Of a stretch of DNA of 64,000 nucleotides, positions 37,191 to 47,135 are shown piece by piece. The position numbers were made by a program, and so were the translations under genes. The notes beneath the pieces are model-generated. The model worked only from the letters and a program-made list of their open reading frames with translations, was not told where the DNA came from and ran no database searches. The stretch spans positions 1,922,001 through 1,986,000 of the forward strand of contig JAYWIR010000007.1 in assembly GCA_036172245.1 (NCBI GenBank), written 5' to 3'. The stretch comes from Raillietiella orientalis (Eukaryota). Each line of letters starts with the position of its first letter. Position 1 is the first letter of the stretch.

Positions 37191-38299
37191 CCGCAGCCGT
37201 TGTTACCGACTGTCGAGAGGGCAGTCAAAGGATTCAGTGCTAACGAAATGCTCGCTGGCGTGTGATCGCTCAGGCTTGCCACTCTCCGGAACAGTCATTA
37301 CCGCTTATTAGAGGTGGCGCTGGCGAACAAAAGGGAGCCCGGGAAGAGCCGGATAAAGAGCGGAAGGAGGGGGGGGGGAACCGGAACGGCAATTACGGAG
37401 TTTTTCTCGGCACCGCATTCCCGGCCGACGGCGCGATCGGCGGTGGCGGCAGGCAGGCAGGCGGTCGCCCCCTCCCCCCCCGACGTTGTGTGCGCGGTTT
37501 CGCGTCTCTGCGGGCAGCTCCGCTGCCATCGAACCGGCCGGAACCCGTTGCTCCCATCGGGCCCCGCCCGACTCGCCCGAAAAGCTGCCGACACTTCTTC
37601 GCACTCTTTTTTTTTTTTTTTTTTCTGTTATCCCTTCTAGAAGTCCCGTTATCGGAAGCTTTCGTTGTTGCGTGTGCGCGCGTGGTTTGCTTTGTTTCTT
37701 GCTAGGATACGGTTGCTAAGGTGCGCGAGGGCCTCACGCCGTCGTCGCGGAGCGCGCTCGCGCCACGGAGGAAAGTGCGCGCGCAGCCATTAGGATGCAG
37801 ATTCCTGGGAGTGGAATTGCCTTCGATAAGATCCCTTTTGCCTAAGATCCCTCTTATCCCGGGTGCACTGGCGATAAGTTGAACGGAACGTGCAAGATAA
37901 ATTCCATTTGCTGCAGAGGCTGCAGCCCAACGATTCTGTCGCCGGGGCAACGGCAAAACATCGCCTGCTGAACAGACGGACGATAAGCCGTGGAAGGAAC
38001 GACTTCCATTAACGGCAACCGGCGAACTTTCGAAGGGGAGGAAGGGGGGAAAGGAAGTGCGCGAAGTGTGTGCGCGCGATTGTTCGGGAGCGCCCCCCCG
38101 TCCGCTTCGCCCACGCACGGGTGCGTTCTCGGACCCCGCCCACGGCTGCGCCACCGCCACCGCTGCAGTCCGGGTACCGTCCGGCGCCAGCCTGTGCACC
38201 GCTCGAAGACCCCGTCCGGGAGCGAACGCGGAGGGGGCAATGGGAGGATCCCCCGGCGTCCAGTACCCTGCCCCGCTCGGTCACGAACGGGACCCTCGC

Positions 38300-38900
38300 C
38301 CCTCCGCAGCCCCCTTCACCGCGCCGGCCGCGATGCGAGTCGCAGAGCGGCTGCTCCTCTCTGAGCCTGAATCCGCCATACGCCAGACGAACGCCAAAGA
38401 AATCCTTCCCCTTCCTTGCATCCAGAGTTTCCCCTAGACGCACTCCCTGCCACGCTAGAGCTGCGCTGCGGCTTGGGTTCCGCGCGCAGGCAGCGGCGCC
38501 CCCGCCCACCCTTCGCCCGCAGTGCGATCCCGCCCGCATGCCGCGGCTCGGCCACCTCCAAACCGGGCACTGGGCTGTGCCTGAAAAGAAGGGGGGGGGG
38601 GAGACGTCTTACATGCGGGCGCGAGGGATGCCGTTATCCCCGAGGGCTCCTGCGGAATGCCCTTCCGTGGGGCTGCACGGAGATGCCGCCGCCTTCTCCC
38701 CACCACGCCCACGCCACTCGCGCAGAGTTGCTCCATCTCCGGACCGCAGCGTTTCCGTGCAAGAGGGGCGCTGCTCTTCCCAGCGGACCTTTGACGCGAG
38801 TCCAAAGATGCACGGCAGGAACCTTCCGGTCTTGCACGCTTAGAGAACCTCCCTCCCCACGCGAGCGGAACCCACCTTCGTGCCTCGGCTCCCGTCCCGC
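38300..38900 (-). mobile_element. GC-rich decayed non-LTR reverse transcriptase relic
   Basis: ASLDSRQR (~xLDxxKAFD), RKGIPQEPSG (~GVPQG..SP) and WQGVRLGETL (~YLGVxLD.xL), in RT order. Confidence 0.35.
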
Positions 38901-40809
38901 GGGGTAGCGAAAGCGGCTTCACGGGCGAGGGCGCCAGGACTGCAGTTCCGCGGAGGCCCTGGAAAAGAACGACCCCCCCGTCCCTGCGCGCAGGGTCCAC
39001 GCATCACGAACCGTTCTTCTCCTCCTCCTCTACCGCCGCCGCTGCTGTTGCTGCCACCTTCGAGTTCGGCTCGGAAGGCGCCACCGCAGCATTCCCGAGC
39101 CTCCCCAACAACACCGCGCTCCGCACATGGGAAAAAGGTGCACTCACTGCCTGACAACCACTACCATCACCATTTGGCGTGTGCGGCGCAGCTCTTGGCT
39201 TCGTGTCGACCCCACTTCCGAGTGCTCTTAAAGCGGCAGCTCACAGATACGAGACGTCATGGTCCACCTGTCGCTGGGGGACGAGGAGTTCACCGGGAAC
39301 TGTAGAGCGGATCCTCCGGGAAGAGAGGAGGAAAGGAAAAGGGGGCGGGGAGAGGGGGGCACTCGATTGCGTTACCGACGTCACCGCCCTTTCCCGAAAC
39401 GAGACGGGGATAGCCGGGAAAGGCGAGGCAATTCCGCCGCGCAAGCGCGCTCGCCGCTTCGAGTCCGCGCGGAACCTCGCGGCTTTCCGGGATGGCGCGG
39501 TGACTAGAGGGGGCAGGGAGGGAGGGGGCAGCCCCCGCCGCCGACAAAGGCATTGCGGACGTAGTCGTGCGAGAGGACTGCCTGCCACCCCTTTTGCTGC
39601 CGTCCGCGAGCGGGAGTTGCTCGATTCGCCCGCTCGCTCGCGCGCCCCGGGTGCGGAACCCGAAGAAGATGCCGTCCCCCCGCCTGCGCCTCGTCTTCCT
39701 CCTCCTCCCCCTTCCTTCCGCTTCTTCCCCCCCCCCCCCCACCTCCACCCCCCGATTCGGCGCCCGATCGCTCGCGGCGGCGCCCGCGCTCCGCCGTCGC
39801 AGCGACCTCGTCCTTTTCCCTCCTCGCGCGACCTCGGTCTCGGAACACGCGCGGTGGCGGGCGAAGGTTGGCGGTCACGGCGAGTACCCGCGCGAAAAAG
39901 AGCACCTCCGCACCGGCAAGCAGGGAGGAGGAGGGAGGAGGTACGCGGAGAAATCGCTCCGGACCAAGGAGGCGCTGCCAACGAATGGACCGGCAGCAGC
40001 TAATCGCGCATGGTCTCTCCGCCGAAGGATCCGCATGGTCTCGGCGCTTGGTCCTTAAGAGATCATTTCGCCGTAATGATTCCCAAAACTCCGCGCAGAT
40101 CCGCCGTTCCGACCGCAACAAGGCGTGATTGCCACTTCGTGCTGAGCTCGTGGGCATTATCTTTCCTCGGCAGGCACTTACTGCCCGGTTCCTTCCTGAT
40201 ACGACAGCGAAAATTCGCTTCTTTCTTCTCCTTTTTCCCCCTCCTCCTCTCTTTCTTTCCTTTTTTTTTCTTCTTCCTCTTCTTCCCCCTTCACCCCCCC
40301 ACCCGCTGGTTGCGGTGCGCGGTGGTGGACCAAACTCCTCTCTCTCTCCGCCCGTTCGCTTCCTCGCCAAGGGCCGAGGCGATCGCACCGGGAAACTCGG
40401 GGGCTGTTTGCGGGGAGGGCCGGCCCAACGGCCATCGCGGCAGCAGGAACGGGTCGGGAGGGTTGCTTCCCATCACGGGACGAAGGAACGAGAGCGGAAT
40501 CTCGAGGAGGGCACGGGACCCCTACCGGCAAGGCTCTCTCGAACAGGAATACGGGGTGGGTGGGTGAGTGGGGGCAGCAGGGATAGACAGAGACCGAAGG
40601 AGTGCGCGGGCCGGTGGGGGGTCGATGAACCCTCGAAGATCGGCGGTGGCAGGCCCTCCCCCTCCCCTTCAGAACCTTGGACGGTATACCTGACGGGCCT
40701 GTGCGACAACCACGCGCTTAACCACCGCCGCGACGCCGCTCTCTGCACCGACCTGCAACAACAACAACAACAAGAAGAAAAAAGGACTGCACTAAAATAG
40801 TAGATATAC

Positions 40810-40815
40810 TTTATT
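40810..40815 (-). terminator. Poly(A) signal of the pointed transcript
   Basis: AATAAA on the minus strand about 620 nt after the stop, at the end of an AT-rich UTR block. A U/GU-rich downstream element (TTTTTTCTTCTTGTTGTTGTTG) follows. Confidence 0.7.
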
Positions 40816-41431
40816 TAAGCGTTGATAACTGTAGCACCAGTCTTTAAGGCACGTGACAAGTTCAACAATTACATCCTACAGCCGTAACTGGCAACTTTTG
40901 ATGAGATCTTCTTTATAGGTATCAAGGACTAGCTAGTCATGACTTCGAGTTTGCCATAGTTCCGTGACGTCATCGTTAAGTAGATAAATGCACTTTTGTC
41001 GTTTAGGTAAACAAACAAACAAAAAAAAAAAAAAAAACCCTCGTGTACAATAAATATATCCATAACGCTGAGATATGTACAGAACGGGAACATAAAAATT
41101 ACAAAAATATCTACTTCTGAAGATAACCCATGTCGAAAGACACAAAATTCGTCCCGTGGTGATCGGCGTGGCCCTCACAGCCGGGGGAAATCGGGAAGTG
41201 ACGGCAAGGGTTGCTTTGCTTTGTTTTGTTTTGTTTTTTTTTTTTGTTTTGGATTTTTTTTTTTTTTGAGGGGGAGGGAGAGGAGGGGGGCCTTTTTTTT
41301 TTTTTTTGTGTGTGATTTTTTTTTTTCCTTTCTTTGGCTATCTGAGCAGCGCGACTGCCGGGGCGGGGAGAGAGAGCCCCTAGGCAATCCAAGGGCTGTG
41401 CGCAGAGCAGAGGGACCCGTCAGAGAGGAGG

Positions 41432-41495
41432 TCAGTCTTCCTCTTTCTTGTCGGACTTCAGATCGACCAGGGAATGCAACTCTTCTGCCGAGTAC
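41432..41495 (-). CDS. pnt: pointed terminal coding exon ([21 protein letters not shown])
   Basis: Removing the 57-nt GT-AG intron 41496-41552 restores the conserved LLGYxxEELH motif of Ets1/pointed. Confidence 0.9.
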
Positions 41496-42281
41496 CTGCA
41501 GGCAGAGGGTGCGTCAGGCGGTAAGCGTTTGGCGCCCTCCTGACCCACGCACCCGAGAAGGTTCTGCAGGTCGCACACGAAGCGGTAGACGTAACGCTTC
41601 CCCGCGGTCTTGTGGATGATGTTCTTGTCGTAATAGTAGCGCAGCCCGCGGCTGAGCTTTTCGTAGTTCATCTTCGGCTTGTTCTTCCTGATGCCCCAGC
41701 GCCGCGCCACTTCGTCCGGGTCCGTCAGCTTGAACTCCCAGCCGTCCCCCGTCCACGAGATGAAGTTCTGGCAGCTCTTGTCCGTTAGCAGCTCCAGCAG
41801 GAACTGCCAGAGCTGGATGGGGCCGGAACTGGTGAAGCAAGGACCCGAACCTACACACGCACACACGCGCTCCCATGGAAACGGGGGAGGGAACCGAGTG
41901 GCCTTCGCTTACCTGAAAATCCGCTAAGCATGGAGGACATCACAGGTTTCGTATCTCCATTGGGCGACGGTAAGGAGTGGGTGTCTCGGGAGTGGTGGTG
42001 GGGAGGTAGGAAAGCAGGATGCGGTCCATGCATACCTGGAATCGCGATCGAAGGGCCTAGTTCAGAATGCCTCCAGTGTTCTGGAGGGGAAAGACCACTG
42101 GGTACGGTTTGGAAAGCATCGTATTGGTTGCCACCAACAGGAAATTGCTCTCCGTACACATCTGGTGCGGAAAAACGGGCTGGAAAACCACTGCCATTAG
42201 TTACCGTGACACCGACAAAGATGTTATCGAAGGGATCAAGAGTGAGAGAGAGAGAGAGGAAGAAAAGGAGAAAGAAGGAAG

Positions 42282-42318
<37 letters not shown>

Positions 42319-45300
42319 GGGCGCGCGCACGCGCAAAAACAAACGCGACATTCGCTCGACATATCTCGATTTGACATGCATGACTTCTGAAGCTGAAGAA
42401 GATCTATCAGCCGAAGAGTTCTTAAGACATCCCATGCGGGAGGGCGGCGGGAGCGGTCGAAATGCGCCATCTCAAGTGAACGAACTCTGGTGCTCACGCG
42501 CGCGACTTTCACATGGAACTGTTGACTCGGGGAACACGCGGAAACTTCCGAGCCACAAACAAACAAACAAACGGTGGAGTGAAAACGGCAGGAAGCCGCT
42601 GGCGTACCGCGAACGGAGCGTCTCGGGGAAAGGCCACCTTCTTCTTCTTCTCGGTGAGGCCGCCGCAACGGGAGCACCTCGCAGAAGGTCTGCCGACAAC
42701 CCCACCATGCAGCGGCGCAGAGAGGGCCGGGAAGCGCGCCACCGGACCACTCCTGGAGCCATCTTCAGAAGAGCGAAAGGACGGGGTGTGTTGTGGAAAG
42801 GAGGGGGGGGGGGGAGGAAGATTTCTGTCGAGGCGAACGCGGCCCTCAAAAGAGCAAAAACCCCCCCCCCAAAGAGTAGCTGCAGGTCTACCACAAGCAC
42901 ACAGAAGCAGGAAACCTGGAGCGGCGGCGGCGGCGGGAAGAGGGCCGTCGTGCCCGCGCAGCCTTGCACACGCCATCCCACTCGCATGCTGGGCTTACCG
43001 CGAACCAGGCTTCTCATTAGGGCTGGTGAATATTTGGATTCCGGAAGACCCGATGCTGAATAGAATTCTGGACTATTGTCAACATACGATCCGTGATGGG
43101 AAGTACCTTCTAAGAAGTGATATTCCTGCTCGTGGTCTCCATACTGATGCGACAGTCCAAACGGTACTCTTTCCAGGTGGTCTGGATGGCTCATTCTGGT
43201 CGCCAAAGACAGAGGAGCACCAGAGTTCGACCCATGCAAGGAAGCAGCCGACGGGGGCATGTTGTCGTTCGACAGGGGACCGAAGGAACCTGGACGAAGA
43301 GAGGGAGGGAGGGAGAGAGAGGAGTGTGTTGAGCAGAAACCTTGGGGGAGGGGACTTGACCATCGCGGAAAAAAATCCACGCCCGGGGGGTCACGAAGAA
43401 GAACGGCACCGCGCCTGGTCACTCGTCGCTGCCCGCGCGATCGCAAGCGAAAATCGCAGCCGACGGCGAGGAAAGCAAACAAAAACAAACAAGCGAAGGA
43501 TGGAAAAAATGCGGCGGCGGCGGCGACGAGGATGATGATGATGATGATGAAAAAAAGGAGAAGAAAAAAGAAGAAGGTTGGTTTCCCTCGCGTGCACACC
43601 ACCCGGTTGGCAGATCCGCTCCGATCTCCGTCCATCCGGGCCTCTCGGAACGCTTGCGAGCGATTTATTGACCGCCGAGCAGTGCAGTCGCGAGGGTGAT
43701 GTCAACCGTAACCTCACCTGCACTCATTTAAAGTACACTTCCTGTTTTTCCGAATCCCACCCGTCGACCGTATAGATGTTTCCTGCGGAATGGAACGGAA
43801 GTTTGGCGATTAGAAAAGTTCCCGAAAAAACGGCAAAAAAAAAAAAAAAAAAAAAGGAAAAAGAAAAAAAGGAATCCGAACGCTTCACCAATAGGTGGAG
43901 GTGGAGTGTCAGTTCCGGTTGTCGACGGACACGAGACGGGGGGGGGGGGCGGCGGTAACGCGCTCTTCTGCATTAAAATTGCTAACGTCGACGGCGAACT
44001 GCACCACCACCACCACCACCACCACCATTCGCCCGGTGGATCCATTTCGGGGAACAACGCGAGACCCTCGGAAGAAGAAACAGCAATTTGAGCGCTCGCG
44101 CGTGCGTGCGTGCGTGCGTGCGTGTGTGTTTTTCCTTTTTTTTTTTTTTTTTCCCCTTCCCCAACGCCCGTTTTGAACCGCGGACGATTCCGTCCTCCGA
44201 CCGGCTTTTGTTCCGAGTGCTGCTGCTGCTGCTGCTGCTGCTGTCCGCGGGGGGAGGAAGCAAACCGGAAAGGAACGATTAGTTTTGCAGGGCAACAAAG
44301 GCAGGATATGACCCGGTCATACGTTCGCCACTTCCGAGTGATACGGAAACCGGATGCGGCCTTTCAGGTATCGGAAAAACGTAAACAAACACGCGTTCTC
44401 CCCCTCCTCCTCCCCCCCCCCCTCTTCCTCCCCCGCCGCCGCTCTGGCGGACGGTCGCCGTCCACGCGTGGAGATGGATCCACCTCGGACGAGATCACCA
44501 TGTGCACCGACCGGCGCTACGTGTTCCTTTGTGCGCGAGTGCGTGCGTGTCGCGCGCGCGCTTCGGCCACGGAGACGCGGGGGAGGGAAAGGGGAGGGGG
44601 GGGGGAACCAACCTTGTGAGTAGGGCAATCCGCTGCCGTGATTCGTCAGATGAGCAGGCAGGCCGCTTGCAGCAGAATGTGGAATATTCATAAGCGTTCC
44701 GGGATACGCTTTCTTGAGATCAGAGGGGTTGCCGTAACCTTCCAGGAACTCATTGAAATCAGGCACGGAAACGGATTCGTAAAAATTGACCTGAAGGTGG
44801 TCCAGGCAGCTGTGCTGTTCTCTTTCCACATCTGCGGCACACACAAAAATTCAGTGCACATCACAAGGGCGCGCGCGCTCCTGGCAGGGCTGGACACTCG
44901 TGTCAAGTCACCACCACCACCACCACCAGCAAAGACGACACGCGCATAAATAATAAAAAAAAAAAAAAAAACACACGCACGCACGCACGCACGCACGCAC
45001 ACACAGGAAACGCGCACGGGAGGGCAACAAATGGGAGACGGTGGCACGGAGCCTCTTCCCGCTTAAATACTGAATGGGGATCTCGTGTTAACTGATACAC
45101 AAGATCCAAAAAGAAACACGGATTCCCAATGACAGTTCTTAAACAATCGATTCCCCCCCTAACATTTCCGGCGGATGTGACATCATTCATAATGCCGAAA
45201 AGAACACGATAGAGAGGGTTCGCGCGGAGGATATTGAAAGTAGATGGGATGTATCTCAATGCGTATCACGGCAGAGTATTGTGCGGATCCGAGAAACTCA

Positions 45301-47098
45301 TTCACAGGTGTCGTATATCCAATATCCGGGAATAACCCACCTCTTTGTAAAATGTCCAAATGCTCCCATAGAATGTCCCCCATGTAAGGCGGGCAACGCG
45401 CAAGGAAAACTTCTTTCCCCATCGCACAGATATCCTTTCCTTTCATTCCGAACTGGTGGATGTCTAAGCCTTCCAGAGAAAATTCCTTGATTGCCCACTG
45501 CATCCATTGGACGACATCCATCTCATTCCACTGCCTGGGATCTGGGAACAGAGGGAAAGAAAGAAAGAAAAAGGAATTTTTTTTTCTTTTTCTTTTGTTT
45601 TTTTTTAATCATCATCGTCGTCATTTCGTGGTCGGACGGCACGGTACGAGCGAGACGCTCGTCGCCCGTCGGGTCCAGCGGCTGTCAACAAGTACAATCA
45701 TCAACAGGGGACTGCTGCTCGGTCACAGGCAGCAAAGCTTTCGGCCGAGGAAGGAAGGAAAACACGCACGCACGCACGCACGCACATGAAAATACAAAGC
45801 GACGTGCGCAACGCGTCGCGCTCCAAGCAACAGACCAAGAGCTGCTCCAGATCACAACAATGGCGCGCTCTTTTACGGGGATGCTGGATGCGAGCACCGG
45901 TGTACCTTTGGGAATATTGAGGGCGTCTCTCTCCTTCTCCCAGCTTGCAAAGGACGCTTTCAGAGCTTCTGTCATTTTTCTATTGGTTCCCGGTGTCAGT
46001 GGGGGCACTTGAGCAGGGATATCTGCAACACACGCGGATACACATGCATTATTTACAAAGGGAAGGAGAAAAAAAATGGATTGCAACACACACACACACA
46101 CACACAGAGAAGGGAACACTTTCGTCCGACTTTTTAGGAAAAGGGGAGGCACACCTGATCCAGTCTTGGGTTTGCTGAAGCTGGCTACCGATTTCATCCT
46201 GACTCCCATTCTCGAAACAACAACAGGCTACGTACAGTGCCAAGCATAGCCACGAGGCTCCGCAACACGAGAGCCACACGACGAATTCCTCTGTACCACC
46301 ACCACCACCACCAAAACAAAACGCAGCTAAGGAGCCGCCGACTTTCGCATCCTCACGGGAGAGCAACCCGAGTTGTCGTTTTTTTTTTTTTTTGCTTCTT
46401 CCTTCCTTCCTTTTTTTTTTTTTTTTTTTTTGTTCTTGTCTTATTTTTTTTTCTTCTTCTTCTTCTTCTTCTTCTTTTCCTTTCTTTCTTTCCTTTTTTT
46501 TTTTTTTCTCCTTTTTTTTTTTTTTTTGTGTGTGTATGTGTGTGCACTGGTTAATAAGAACGTGGAGGGAGAGATGACACGATAGAGGAACAACTGCTTC
46601 CGATGTTACCGCACAAAGACACTTCCGTTGCACTCAAGAAATCCGACACTAATGAATGAACTTTAGCGGGGGAAGAAGAGTTACGTCACTGGACTGGTTC
46701 ACCGCACCACCGCTGACAGTCGAATCACGTCTGTAGATCACAGCGCTTGTTCTAGACTGACGAGCAAGATCGACATGGCCTACGGGTACAGTTTCAAATG
46801 TCAAGCGATCACCTGTACGTCACCTGTTGCACGGTGCCGAATCCCCAATGCAGAACAGCCTCCACCAACCGATCTCCGCCGTACATTCCAAACAGGCGCA
46901 GGAAAATACGGTGCGGGAGCGCTCCCGCGGAAATATTCCTCCCCCCCCCCTTCCACCCCCCCCCCCCCGTGCCCCGGTCCATGTGGACGGTTCGAGGATT
47001 TCGCACGTGATTTCGCTGTTTTTCCGGTAAATATTTGGATCAGCATAATAAGAGTTCCACCCTTTTTTTTTTTTTTTTCTCTTCTTCGCTCCCCCCTC

Positions 47099-47135
<37 letters not shown>

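Noticed and set aside
40832..40853. Plus-strand matches to the 5' ends of miR-29 and miR-124 as miRNA genes
   Set aside because: Only 8-9 nt match and there is no precursor hairpin. They are better read as target sites on the minus-strand mRNA.
42350..42520. Unique patch in the pointed intron between exons 6 and 7 as an extra exon
   Set aside because: In-phase use of its acceptor gives a stop after ~15 codons, and no good donor or poly(A) signal is evident.
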